DNA from: Leptonemataceae bacterium
GTDB taxonomy: Bacteria; Spirochaetota; Leptospiria; Leptospirales; Leptonemataceae
Direction: 5' to 3'
Assembly (NCBI GenBank): GCA_965227295.1
Contig: OZ245742.1
Span: forward strand, 1,344,001 to 1,408,000
Length of the DNA: 64,000 nt
The notes beneath the pieces are model-generated. The model saw nothing but the letters and a program-made list of their open reading frames with translations, was not told the DNA's origin and searched no databases. Positions 19,327 to 28,937 of the stretch are shown piece by piece. Made by a program: the position numbers and the translations under genes. Every line of letters begins with the position of its first letter. Within the stretch, counting starts at the first letter, position 1.

Positions 19327-20868
19327 TTAGAACATGTGGCTGAGCTTGAAGGCCGTGAAGGTCTCAAACTCGGACTCGCCCACGAAGATCGTTACGATGG
19401 TGTTCCGCTGCCAGACGAGGCTGATACCCGGGCCCCACGCCTTGTGGAAACCGTCGAGGGTCCAGTCCTTGATGCCCGGCGCCACCCGGCCGATGTCGTA
19501 GAAGTACATGGCCTGGAAGTCAATGCCGCCCAGGAAACCGACGCGGGCAAAGGTGTAGCGGGCCTCGAAGTTACCCATGGTCATGACCTTGTCCACGAAC
19601 TGATTCGAGGGATAACCCCGCAGGCCACCGGAGCCGCCGAGGCCCTCCGAGCTTTCGTTCATGGTGTAGATGCGTCCCGCCTCGAAAAAGGGGACGTCAC
19701 CGTAGGTCTCCTGACCGAGCAGGCGATAGGCGAGCACCAGTTCGTGGTCGAAAGAGTTGAAGAAACTCGGGGCGACGTCGAAGTACTGGCGCCAGGTAAC
19801 TGTTAGGCGCTGAAAGTCGTAGTGCGAACCGGACCATCCGCCGGCGGCCTCGTAATGGACGTCCGCGAAGATACCGCTGTTCGGGTTCAGTTCCCGGACG
19901 CGCGGACGGCTGTCGTAGCCGACGGCCAGTCGCGTCATGTTGACGTAGCGACGCGTGCCCGCCTCGACGGCGTCGTAGCCCAGGGGCTGTTCTACGTCGA
20001 GCAAGGTCAGCGAGTTGGGTTCCAGCTCGCCGTCGTCGCGGTCGCCGTAGTAGGATTGAATCTTGTAACGTTGACCGCGCAGGCCCACGAACCACAGGAA
20101 GTTCGTATCGCCGATGAAGTTCTGCGTCGCCGCCTCGGCGTACGGGCGAATGCGATCGTAGAAGTAGTACTTGTTCTGACGTTCCCGCAGCACGCGACGA
20201 CCCGGGTTGATGGCGGTGCCGTCGGCAATGCCGTTCGGATTCGTAAGGATGTTCTCGTTGATGTTGAACTCTTCGCCGAACTTCGGGTCCACCAGGTCCG
20301 TGCCGCGACCGATATCGTAACCTTCGAGAATGGTGCGCGTTTCCGGGATGTTCTCGCCTACGGGAACCTCGCCGGTCTGGATGCGTTCGATTTGGCGGAT
20401 GTCCTGGAAGTTGCCGAAGCCGTAGTACTGGGCGTTGAGCGTGCGCTCGAAGCCGGCCCGGATCTTAACGCGCAGACCGGTGCCGAGAAAATTCAACGCG
20501 TCGAGGTTGGCGGCGTGATCCTCGTAGCCTTTAGTGGAAGCGAGATACTGGCCCCAGAGCTGGAACCGGTACGGGTCGTAGTCTTTTTCGTAGTAGGTGG
20601 CAATGACCCGCAGACCGTACGTAAAGCCGATGTCGTCGTTATACGAAGGCAGGGGCAGACCCGTGAACTTCAGACCTTCCAGGTCCTGGGGTTCACCGCC
20701 GGCCCCTGCTGTCGGCTCTTCCTGTCCGTCTTCGCCGTTGTCGCCTTCGTCCCCCGGTTGTCCGAACAACGGCATCGCGACGACACTCGCCGCGATTACA
20801 AATAAAATTAGAACGTTACGCATCCGCAGAACCTTTTCGCTGATCGACTTTATGTATGTGGCTGCCAT
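19327..20868 (-). CDS. Omp85/BamA-TamA family outer-membrane beta-barrel protein
   Basis: 'LGGSGGLRGY', amphipathic strands, terminal Phe; start may be 20823. Confidence 0.88.
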   Translation of the reverse strand: MAATYIKSISEKVLRMRNVLILFVIAASVVAMPLFGQPGDEGDNGEDGQEEPTAGAGGEPQDLEGLKFTGLPLPSYNDDIGFTYGLRVIATYYEKDYDPYRFQLWGQYLASTKGYEDHAANLDALNFLGTGLRVKIRAGFERTLNAQYYGFGNFQDIRQIERIQTGEVPVGENIPETRTILEGYDIGRGTDLVDPKFGEEFNINENILTNPNGIADGTAINPGRRVLRERQNKYYFYDRIRPYAEAATQNFIGDTNFLWFVGLRGQRYKIQSYYGDRDDGELEPNSLTLLDVEQPLGYDAVEAGTRRYVNMTRLAVGYDSRPRVRELNPNSGIFADVHYEAAGGWSGSHYDFQRLTVTWRQYFDVAPSFFNSFDHELVLAYRLLGQETYGDVPFFEAGRIYTMNESSEGLGGSGGLRGYPSNQFVDKVMTMGNFEARYTFARVGFLGGIDFQAMYFYDIGRVAPGIKDWTLDGFHKAWGPGISLVWQRNTIVTIFVGESEFETFTAFKLSHMF

Positions 20869-20870
20869 GT

Positions 20871-21500
20871 TTAGAGAACCTTCTCCGAGTCGAAACTGTA
20901 GTTTAGAATGCCGACGCCGGGCAGAAAGCTCGACGTGATGTTCACGGAGAACTCGCCCTTGAGGCCCGTGGGGCGTTCCTCGGCACGAAACTCGGTGAGC
21001 GTAAGATTGTAGCCGCTGGCTTCGCCCAGACCGGCCGTCGTGCTGACCTGGTTGAGGGTGATGATGTTCGTTTGATATTCCGCGCCCGGCTGATACGTTC
21101 CGGTGACGTTGATATCGTAGGCGTAGTAGGCCGAGTTGAACTGTGGCGCTACCAGTACTATGCGCCCACTCAGGGCCGTGCCCGTGACGAGCATACTGAT
21201 GTTCACGTTGCGTGGGAACGGCTCGCGCAGGGATTCCTGACCGGAGGAGAGTGTCGTTTCGCAGGAGGACAGGGTCTCGACCGTGGTGCCGCCGCACTGT
21301 TCAATGGTGGCGGCGGCGTTCCAGGAAATGCCCTGGGGACCGAGTACGCCGAGGTTGAAGAGCAACGCGTGAAACGCCTGTTCTTCGAAGGACAGGTCGG
21401 CGTTCGGCGCCTCTTCGTCCGCAGACTTACAGTTGGCGGACAGCAACAACAAAGTGATGATACAAACAATAAAGAAACGCGAGAGGAAGGGCGTTCGCAT
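20871..21500 (-). CDS. putative lipoprotein
   Basis: spirochaete-type lipobox 'LLSAN-C'. Confidence 0.7.
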   Translation of the reverse strand: MRTPFLSRFFIVCIITLLLLSANCKSADEEAPNADLSFEEQAFHALLFNLGVLGPQGISWNAAATIEQCGGTTVETLSSCETTLSSGQESLREPFPRNVNISMLVTGTALSGRIVLVAPQFNSAYYAYDINVTGTYQPGAEYQTNIITLNQVSTTAGLGEASGYNLTLTEFRAEERPTGLKGEFSVNITSSFLPGVGILNYSFDSEKVL

Positions 21501-21574
21501 AGCGGGCAGAAGTTAGGGAAGCGTCATTGAACGGTCAACATTTTTTTGTTTACATTGTTTGATATCATGACGCG

Positions 21575-22546
21575 GTGCAGTATTGCACTGTGCAGAACTT
21601 GCATGAATTAAAAGGTCAACCGGTGGCTTCGCGTATGCTGTCGGTCTATGCGCAACGGCATCCACCGCCGTTGATGATCTTTCACGGGCCCGACGGCGTC
21701 GGCAAATGGTCCGCGGCGGAGTCGTATATCCAGGCGAGCATGTGCGAGGTCGGCAGCGGTTGCGGTTCCTGCCCGCAATGCCGCAAGATTCTGCGCGGCG
21801 ATCATCCCGACTTCATTCGATTTCCGGAGGAGCGCGTGTTGATCGGCGAGCAGGAGGACCCGGCACCGTTTACGATCCGCTGGCTCCTGAATACCCGGGT
21901 CCTCTATACGCCCTTCGAGGGGCCGCTGCGATTCGTGCTCTTTCCTCGCGCCGAACTCATTCAGCACGAGGCCGAAACGGCATTGCTGAAGACCCTCGAA
22001 GAGCCGCCCGATCATACGCGATTCATCTTTTTGGTCCGCGATCTGACCGAGCTCAAGCAGACCATCGTCAGCCGGGGCGTGGCCATCCCGTTTCAGTTGT
22101 TGCCCCGGGACGCCATGAGCGAACTCGGCCGCGATCTTACTGCCGAAGAGCTGGATCTACTCGGCGGCAGTCTGCACCTGGCCCCGCATCTGCGCGGGCC
22201 GTTGATGACGAAGATCAAGGAGATGGTCCGCGCGGCCTTCGAGCATCCGCAGGCCCTGGTGCAGTTGGAGCAGTGGATCAAGGCCGGCGAGCGCAAGGCC
22301 TTCGGTGATTTACAGGATGCCGGGAGCGGTTTTGTGCTGGGTTATGCGGATGTTCTGGATTTGATCGGACTGGTGTTGATTCACGATTCCGTGAAACGCG
22401 ACGACGGCGCCGCGATTGCGCGTGCCGTGTTTGAGTTTAAGGCGGATCTGCACAAGGACCAGGCCGGCATGGCGCCGTATCTATTGGGGCGGTTGTTTCA
22501 GCGATTGGATCGCGTGCTGTTTCATAAGAAGGATGCGGCGGGGTGA
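21575..22546 (+). CDS. holB: DNA polymerase III delta' subunit
   Basis: 'GPDGVGK', Zn cluster 'C..GCGSCPQC', 'HPDF', 'ALLKTLEEPP', 'TIVSR'. Confidence 0.88.
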   Translation: MQYCTVQNLHELKGQPVASRMLSVYAQRHPPPLMIFHGPDGVGKWSAAESYIQASMCEVGSGCGSCPQCRKILRGDHPDFIRFPEERVLIGEQEDPAPFTIRWLLNTRVLYTPFEGPLRFVLFPRAELIQHEAETALLKTLEEPPDHTRFIFLVRDLTELKQTIVSRGVAIPFQLLPRDAMSELGRDLTAEELDLLGGSLHLAPHLRGPLMTKIKEMVRAAFEHPQALVQLEQWIKAGERKAFGDLQDAGSGFVLGYADVLDLIGLVLIHDSVKRDDGAAIARAVFEFKADLHKDQAGMAPYLLGRLFQRLDRVLFHKKDAAG

Positions 22547-22579
22547 TTACGGCTGCTTCGCATAGCGCCGGTTCTTTTT

Positions 22580-22921
22580 TTAGAGAAGATCCAGAACCAG
22601 CCGCAGTCCTGATTCCACCGTGCTGATCGATTTCGGTGTGATCCGTTTGACTTTCTCTTCGAAGCGGCTCCGGTCGAGCACCGTAAGCTGTGAAACGTTC
22701 ACAACCGAGTCGCGCGGCAGGCCGGATTCTTTCTTCGTGAGCAGGACATTGCCCGGGGCATCCGCGTAGCTCAAATTCGAGGTAATCGGAGCCACAATGA
22801 CTGTTGCCAGAGTGCTCCTGGTGAACGCATCGTTTTGAACGATAAGTACCGGGCGCCGATAACCGGGCTCACTGCCCTGCGGGATTCCGAGATCTGCCCA
22901 CCAGATTTCACCACGTGTCAT
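22580..22921 (-). CDS. mazF: type II toxin, PemK/MazF endoribonuclease
   Basis: 'RGEIWWADL..P.GSEPGYRRPVLIVQND'. Confidence 0.93.
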   Translation of the reverse strand: MTRGEIWWADLGIPQGSEPGYRRPVLIVQNDAFTRSTLATVIVAPITSNLSYADAPGNVLLTKKESGLPRDSVVNVSQLTVLDRSRFEEKVKRITPKSISTVESGLRLVLDLL

Positions 22922-23156
22922 GCTTTAGACTGCTGCGGAGCGATTCCAGGCCGGCATCGGCCGCGGAGTTTCCCGGCGGGTTGTCCTGTTTTTCGAGGAC
23001 GGCGTTTAGCCGACGCGTGATCCGGTCCTTGTCGTGCCGGTTGATGAATTCTTCGAGGGCCCGGGCGTAGAGCTGGCTTCTGGCTATGCCGAGTTTCCGG
23101 GCGGTTTTTTCAGCTTTATCGAACAAATCGTCCGGGATGGAGACGGCGGTCTTCAT
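22908..23156 (-). CDS. ribbon-helix-helix antitoxin (cognate of MazF)
   Basis: 'MKTAVSIPDDLF...LGIARSQLYARAL'; overlaps toxin start. Confidence 0.9.
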   Translation of the reverse strand: MKTAVSIPDDLFDKAEKTARKLGIARSQLYARALEEFINRHDKDRITRRLNAVLEKQDNPPGNSAADAGLESLRSSLKHDTW

Positions 23157-23165
23157 GTTCGACAG

Positions 23166-23184
23166 GGTAATACCGGGTTATACC
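23166..23184. promoter_or_regulatory. tandem near-palindromic TA operator
   Basis: GGTAATACC (23166-74) and GGTTATACC (23176-84) between a TTGACG-like -35 (minus strand) and the antitoxin ATG. Confidence 0.65.
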
Positions 23185-23205
23185 GGCGTCAAGAGGTAGA
23201 ACCAA

Positions 23206-24231
23206 TCATCCATCCCAACCACCGGCTTTCATATCCAACACCACCCGATACCGCGCCTTGCCCTCTTCGAGATGCGCCACCGCCTCGTTGATCTTGTTCA
23301 CCGGAAACGTCTCCGTCACCGGCGCAATGCCGTGACGCGCGCAGAAGTCCAGCATGCGTTCGGCCGTGGCGGGACTGCCCAGCGGCGACGACGACACCGA
23401 CTTCTGGCCGCCCATCAACGAAAACACCGGCACCTGCATGGGCTCGAGCACCGCGCCCACCAGATGCAAGCGGCCCTTCGGCGCGAGTGTTCCGAGATAG
23501 CCGTTCCAATCCAGCGTAACGTTCACCGTGCAGAGCAAAAGATCGAACGTGCCGGCGAGTTTTTTTAGAACTTTCGGATCGCGCGAGTCGGCAATGGCAT
23601 GGGCGCCCATCTGCTTCGCCTCGGCGGCCTTCGCATCCGTCGACGTGAACGCGGTAACGTGACATCCCCATTTATTAAGAAACTGCAGCGCCAGGTGGCC
23701 CAGCCCGCCGATGCCGATGACTCCGACGCGATCGGTGGGCTTGACATCGAACTGTACGATGGGATTGAACACTGTGAGTCCGCCGCAGAAGAGCGGGCCG
23801 GCCTTCGCGGGATCGACGCCCTCCGGAATGGGCACGGCCCATTCTTCGTTGCAACGCACGGTGTCCGCGAAAGCGCCGTGGCGGCCGACGATGGTCTGCG
23901 CCGGATCGTTGAGGCACAGGTTGTGATCCCCGCTCATGCACGAACTGCACTGCAGGCATGAGTGCGAAAACCAGCCGAGGCCCACCGTGTCGCCGACCTT
24001 CACGCGACTGACGCCGTCGCCCACGGCCTTGACCTTGCCGATGGCCTCATGGCCGGGAACGAACGGGTAGCGGGTGAAGCCCCAATCGTTTTTCCATACG
24101 CTCAAGTCCGAGTGGCACAGTCCGCAGTAGTGCACGTCGATGTCGACCTCGCCGGCCTTAAGCGGACCGGGATCGTACTCGAACGGCTCGAACTTGCCGC
24201 CGGCGGTTTTTGCTGCGTATGCCTGGACCAT
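23206..24231 (-). CDS. Zn-dependent NADPH aldehyde reductase/alcohol dehydrogenase (Ahr/YjgB-like)
   Basis: 'CGLCHSD', 'PGHE', 'C..C..C....HNLC', 'GIGGLGH', 'KARYR'. Confidence 0.93.
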   Translation of the reverse strand: MVQAYAAKTAGGKFEPFEYDPGPLKAGEVDIDVHYCGLCHSDLSVWKNDWGFTRYPFVPGHEAIGKVKAVGDGVSRVKVGDTVGLGWFSHSCLQCSSCMSGDHNLCLNDPAQTIVGRHGAFADTVRCNEEWAVPIPEGVDPAKAGPLFCGGLTVFNPIVQFDVKPTDRVGVIGIGGLGHLALQFLNKWGCHVTAFTSTDAKAAEAKQMGAHAIADSRDPKVLKKLAGTFDLLLCTVNVTLDWNGYLGTLAPKGRLHLVGAVLEPMQVPVFSLMGGQKSVSSSPLGSPATAERMLDFCARHGIAPVTETFPVNKINEAVAHLEEGKARYRVVLDMKAGGWDG

Positions 24232-24307
24232 GGTGTCAAAGAAAAGACGTGAACCATGAAACGTCAACAAGAACGGACCAAATACTAAGTTAAAATCAAG
24301 ATCAGTT

Positions 24308-24435
24308 TGGGCGTCTGCCCGGCGGCGTCGGGAGCCGCCGGGCACCGCGCTACTCCGGGCTCCGGCTTCGCCTTCGGTCTCGCGCAGGCGCGAGACTGGC
24401 GCTGCGCGCCACCCTCCGTATCGCTGACGCGAAGA
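24308..24435 (+). repeat. multi-hairpin palindromic element, copy 1
   Basis: core GCTACTCCGGGCTC, several stems, end CTGACGCGAAGA; related to copies at 45333 and 47542. Confidence 0.75.
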
Positions 24436-24437
24436 AT

Positions 24438-24905
24438 CTATCTTTCGTGTGGTTCCACTAAATCTTCGACGGGCCGGCCTTTCTTGCGCAGCGCCACGAC
24501 ACAGATACCGTCGCCCGAATTACTTTGCGATTCCAGTACGCGAAACGTGCCGCCGATGTGATCGGCCATCGTGCGATCGTACTCCATCATGCGGTGGCAG
24601 GCGTGCACGTCGCCGGTGCCGCGTAACGGGCACTGTGCATGGATTTCAAGGATCGCCGTCTCGTTGTCACTCTCGCGCAGGCGATAAAGCTTTTTTGTAG
24701 GAAACATGCGCTGGAATTCGGCGGCCACCGCATCGATGGGCTGGTCATCGGTGATGCGCTGCGCCTGTTGTGCGCGCATGGTCTTGCGCGCGTAAAATCG
24801 CATGAACAACTTCGCGAAGTATTTGCCGATGGGATGGCGCGAGACGTTCGCCGCTTTCTGTAGTCCGGCTGCAAACGCCCGGAGATGCGATGTCTTTTTT
24901 TTCAT
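24438..24905 (-). CDS. hypothetical V4R/ATC-hydrolase-like protein
   Basis: 'CP.....AC....YD...' plus distal Cys; divergent from TetR. Confidence 0.55.
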   Translation of the reverse strand: MKKKTSHLRAFAAGLQKAANVSRHPIGKYFAKLFMRFYARKTMRAQQAQRITDDQPIDAVAAEFQRMFPTKKLYRLRESDNETAILEIHAQCPLRGTGDVHACHRMMEYDRTMADHIGGTFRVLESQSNSGDGICVVALRKKGRPVEDLVEPHER

Positions 24906-24953
24906 AATAAACCGTCCCCCCGGATGGATCGCAGGTCGCGCTTCGGATAAAGG

Positions 24954-24992
24954 TGAGCAGTTCTCATGTTTTTAATATGTGAGAAACCCTCA
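24954..24992. promoter_or_regulatory. two TGAG-N5-CTCA palindromes, probable TetR operators
   Basis: 24954-24966 and 24980-24992 in divergent intergenic region; TTGACA at 24996. Confidence 0.65.
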
Positions 24993-25040
24993 TTTTTGAC
25001 AAGACAAATATCGCCCGGGCGGAGAAATTGTTTCTCGTCC

Positions 25041-25688
25041 ATGGTCCGCAAGAACGACACGGAACCCCGCCGGCGGCCGCTTCAGGAGCGCAGCCGCAAG
25101 CGCATCGCGACGATCCTCGACGCCGCGGCGGAGTTGGTCCGCGAAAAGGGCGCCGACGGTCTGGTGATTTCGGAGGTGGCGGAGCGAGCGGAGGTGCCCA
25201 TCGGTTCGGTGTACCAGTACTTTCCCGGCAAGGCGGCCATCGTCCGCGCGCTGGCGGAGAGTCATCTTGAACAACTGCGCGCACTGCTCGTGCGGGACAT
25301 CGGTTCGTTCGTTGCGAGCAAGCCCACGAAGCGCCGCCTGGGCGAGGCCGTGGATCTGCTCGTCGACGGGTACTACGAATTTTATGCCAACGAACCGACG
25401 TTTCGTGCCATCTGGGGCGGCGTGCAGGCCGATCCGGTGCTGCGTGAGCTCGACGTCAAAGATACGCAACAGAACGCCCGCATCATCCAGCGCGCGCTGA
25501 AGCCCTATTTCGCTAACACTCCCTCCGAGGAACTTTACGGCTCGTGCCTGCTGATCTGCGACTGCACGGCGAGCGCCCTGCGTCTGGCACTGGAACCCGG
25601 TACGAGTACCGCTGCGGCCCGGTCCATCGTCAAAGAGCTGAAGGCCATGCTCACCATGCATCTGCGCAGCAAGTTTTCGTTGCGCTGA
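25041..25688 (+). CDS. TetR/AcrR family regulator
   Basis: 'QERSR...ILDAA', 'VAERAEVPIGSVYQYFPGK'. Confidence 0.95.
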   Translation: MVRKNDTEPRRRPLQERSRKRIATILDAAAELVREKGADGLVISEVAERAEVPIGSVYQYFPGKAAIVRALAESHLEQLRALLVRDIGSFVASKPTKRRLGEAVDLLVDGYYEFYANEPTFRAIWGGVQADPVLRELDVKDTQQNARIIQRALKPYFANTPSEELYGSCLLICDCTASALRLALEPGTSTAAARSIVKELKAMLTMHLRSKFSLR

Positions 25689-25714
25689 TGCCGGTGTTTG
25701 TGTGATGCTTGCGC

Positions 25715-26302
25715 ATGGGGATTCGACTCACCGGCGCAAGCGCGCTGAAACCCGCCGGCTTTGTATTCGCGCCCGTCGGTTTACTGGTCGCGTTCAACGG
25801 CTTTGCCTCCGGTCTGTACTGGCTCGTCTTCTTCGGTGTGATGATGTCGGTGCTCGGCGTGTGGATGATCATTCTCGCGTATCGACCCGGGAAGACGCAG
25901 GCGGATTTTTTCGGAGTATGGATGCCGGGCTTTCTGTTTTTCATTGTCGGCACCACGTTCCTCTGGGCCGGGCTGGCCGACATGGGCGGCCATGCAGAAC
26001 AGGGCCGCGTTGTAATTCTCGGCAGCATCGCGTCGGCCATTGGCTTTTTCGTGCTCACATCGGCGGCGTACCTGCGCATTCGCTATCGACACGATCCGGA
26101 ACGCGGGGAACTCAAACTCGGCCGCATCCTCGCTGTGATGGGCCTGGGTATCGCCGGCCTGGTGCTGCTGTTCGTCTACGTGCTGGGCTTCGCGTTGATG
26201 ATCATGCGTCCGGAGGATCCGGTGCCGGGCCTCGCCCTGGTGGCCGTTCCCACGGTATTCTTGCTCATATTCGGAACGATCTACTATTTCGTTCGTCGCT
26301 GA
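25715..26302 (+). CDS. polytopic membrane protein
   Basis: about six hydrophobic segments. Confidence 0.7.
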   Translation: MGIRLTGASALKPAGFVFAPVGLLVAFNGFASGLYWLVFFGVMMSVLGVWMIILAYRPGKTQADFFGVWMPGFLFFIVGTTFLWAGLADMGGHAEQGRVVILGSIASAIGFFVLTSAAYLRIRYRHDPERGELKLGRILAVMGLGIAGLVLLFVYVLGFALMIMRPEDPVPGLALVAVPTVFLLIFGTIYYFVRR

Positions 26303-26355
26303 GCGACGAGAAATTATTCTCGAAAGCTGACGCGTCTGAGTTCATATGGGTCCCG

Positions 26356-26880
26356 ATGGGCGACATCATGAAGACCGAGCGTCTGCTGATCCGCGAGTTC
26401 GAGCCCGCGGACCTCGATGCGTTGTTCGCGATTCTTTCGGATCCCGAGACCATGCGCCATTATCCGGCACCGAAAAGCCGCGAGGAATGCGAGCAGTGGA
26501 TCCGGACGAACTGCGAACGTTATGCCGTCGACGGTCACGGTCTGTGGGCGGTTGCGGACCTGCAGTCCGGTGAGTTCCTGGGCGATGTCGGCATTGTCCA
26601 GCAGATGGTCCCGTCGGAATCCGGTGAGCCGGTGCCGGAGTACGAAATCGGCTATCACATCCGTCGAGATCATTGGGGCCGGGGCCTGGCCACGGAAGCC
26701 GCGGACGCCTGCCGGCGTTTCGGCTTCGGTTCGTTGGACTGCACGCGGCTCATCTCACTGGTGCGTCCGGAGAATACAGCCTCGGCCCGCGTGGCGGAGA
26801 AGCTCGGTATGGCTCCGGAACGCCGGGTCACGATGTGGGGCCTGGAACATGTGCTGTACGCGTTAGCGCGCGATGATTAA
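26356..26880 (+). CDS. GNAT (RimJ/RimL-like) acetyltransferase
   Basis: 'TERLLIR', 'EIGY', 'WGRGLATEAA', 'N.AS.RVAEKLGM'. Confidence 0.92.
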   Translation: MGDIMKTERLLIREFEPADLDALFAILSDPETMRHYPAPKSREECEQWIRTNCERYAVDGHGLWAVADLQSGEFLGDVGIVQQMVPSESGEPVPEYEIGYHIRRDHWGRGLATEAADACRRFGFGSLDCTRLISLVRPENTASARVAEKLGMAPERRVTMWGLEHVLYALARDD

Positions 26881-26897
26881 CGTAAGATCATATGAAG

Positions 26898-27611
26898 CTA
26901 ACGTGACGTCCGCGCAACATACAGGCACGTACCGGCTGAATTTACCGCCAGCCCGTACGGATTCGGTGAACCCACGTTTACCGAATTCGCGAACGTCAAT
27001 TCGCCCGTGTCCGTGTTGATCGTATACGAGAACACAGTACCGGCCCCGTTGTTCGCGGCGAAGGCCAACGAAGAACTCACGGCCAGGCCGATGGGATGCA
27101 ACGCGACGTACCAGGGTTGGTTCTGAGAAGCGATCGTGGTCGAAAGGGACAGTGCGCCGGTACTTGTGTTAACGTTGTAAATGTATACCGAATCGTTGCC
27201 GGCATCACCGAAGCCGTTGAAATGCGATGCGTAGAGATATTCACCGCTTGCGCCCAGCGTCGCGTACCACATGTAGTTGCCCGCGGCGATGAAGTCGTTC
27301 GGACTGAGTCCGCTCAGCAAACCGCTGTTCGCATCGCGGGAGAACATGCCGACGGAACCCGAGGCGTTACCGTCGGCCACGTAGAGAAAACCGTTCGGAT
27401 GCACGGTCATACCGTACGGGACCGTGGCCGCCGGCCCGTTGACCGTGGCTGACGTCAGCGCCGTAAGACTCGCCGCGGTATAGTCGATGTTGTACGGAAT
27501 GATGTTAGAGTCACCCGCGTTGGCGACGTAGACGTGGTTGCCGTCCGGCGCTATGATGAGATCGTAGGGATTGTTGCCCGCCGCGGCACTGGAAGTCTGT
27601 TCCAGCAGGCT
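26898..27611 (-). pseudogene. lactonase-type beta-propeller fragment
   Basis: blades '..PDGNHVYVAN', 'HPNGFLYVAD', 'SGEYLYAS'; frame open back to TAA at 27612-14, blade sequence continues upstream of first ATG; ends mid-blade. Confidence 0.7.
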
Positions 27612-27674
27612 TTACTTAATTACGACATACGCGCAGCCTTATTCTTGCGTACTTTTTCGTTTTCAGGAGCCTGC

Positions 27675-28319
27675 ATGAGCAAGCGTTATCTTTGCATTGG
27701 TGACATTCACGCCTGTCCCGAGCCCCTCTACGAACTTCTGGAAGTCGTGGAAGCGGCCGGCATGGGCGAATACCAACTGGTCTTTCTCGGCGATTACGTG
27801 GACCGCGGTCCGGACGCGAACGCCGTCATCGATTGCATGCGTGCCCGGGAAGCGATCTACCTCATGGGCAATCACGAGGAGATGTTGTTTATGTCCCTGG
27901 AGGCCCTGGACGAGATGAGCGATGCGCACGGACCGGAGCGCCGCCGGGATTTTCTGGCGGCGAAGCGGATCAGCGAAGAGAACTGCGCCTGGTTGCGCGA
28001 GAACGTGCACTTAAGTTATGAAGACGAGAACTTTGTGTTTTCCCACGCCGGCCTGAATCCGCACAAGTCCCTGCACGAGCAGGCCGGCGAAGACTTTCTG
28101 TGGTCCTGGCATACCGGCGATTACTTCGATGTGACTCAGAAGACCGTGGTCCACGGCCACATATCCGTCCCGGAAGTAAACATCCAGGGAAATAACATTA
28201 ACGTGGACACCGGCTGCGGTAAGGGCGGTCTGCTCTCCGCCATCCTCGTGCCGGACATGACCGTCTTTCAGAGCACGACGACCGGTGTGCGCGTAGATTT
28301 CCGTTCGTCCCGGGGCTGA
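27675..28319 (+). CDS. Ser/Thr phosphatase-like metallophosphoesterase
   Basis: 'GDIH', 'GDYVDRG', 'GNHE', 'HAG', 'HGH', 'DTG'. Confidence 0.93.
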   Translation: MSKRYLCIGDIHACPEPLYELLEVVEAAGMGEYQLVFLGDYVDRGPDANAVIDCMRAREAIYLMGNHEEMLFMSLEALDEMSDAHGPERRRDFLAAKRISEENCAWLRENVHLSYEDENFVFSHAGLNPHKSLHEQAGEDFLWSWHTGDYFDVTQKTVVHGHISVPEVNIQGNNINVDTGCGKGGLLSAILVPDMTVFQSTTTGVRVDFRSSRG

Positions 28320-28348
28320 TGATCGCCGTCGCGTGGCGACACGAATCC

Positions 28349-28876
28349 TCATGCCTTGCGCTGAGATTCGCGTTTTCGGCGGCGCTTGTGTTTCAGGAAG
28401 TCCCGCGCCAGGGCGAAGACGATGCCGCCGATTACTCCCACTACCGCCGCGAAGAGCGCGGTTTCTTTCGGGCCGAGGACCGCCCGGGCCGTACCGCTGA
28501 ATTTTTTCGCGAAGACGAGTAGATTCAGCCCGCTCTCACTGCGCACTTCGTTCGCCATGATCACGCCGCTTGCGCTTTTATCGAGGTTGATGCTTTCCGT
28601 CGATGCCACGACGCCGGCCGTGCTCTGCTCCAGGCGTGCGCTGCCCCGGGCCAGAAGTATACCGCTTTGCGAACCGGCCAGGCGTGCGTCGTTCGTGCGC
28701 GCATAAATGACGGCGCCCTGGAAGAGTTCCAGTTGCTTCGCGTCCACCGTGATGCTGCCGCCCTGGCGAATGGAAACCTGATCGCCGCTCGCGCGCACCA
28801 CGCCGCCCTGTTCCACATTCACGTACGAGTCGCGCGCGGGTTCCGCCAGTCCGTCGTCGGTTGGATCTCCTACCAT
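28349..28876 (-). CDS. hypothetical beta-repeat protein with C-terminal TM anchor
   Basis: ~15-aa periodic strands (QGG.., QS.AG..), C-terminal TM helix and basic tail. Confidence 0.65.
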   Translation of the reverse strand: MVGDPTDDGLAEPARDSYVNVEQGGVVRASGDQVSIRQGGSITVDAKQLELFQGAVIYARTNDARLAGSQSGILLARGSARLEQSTAGVVASTESINLDKSASGVIMANEVRSESGLNLLVFAKKFSGTARAVLGPKETALFAAVVGVIGGIVFALARDFLKHKRRRKRESQRKA

Positions 28877-28937
28877 TTGTGAATGTTAGCACGGCCCGCG
28901 GCAAATTGTCATCGAAAAAAGAATCGGTGCGTCAGTT

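Noticed and set aside
22580-23184. MazF-RHH toxin-antitoxin module as novel
   Set aside because: Ordinary, well-known type II TA family; listed as a feature only
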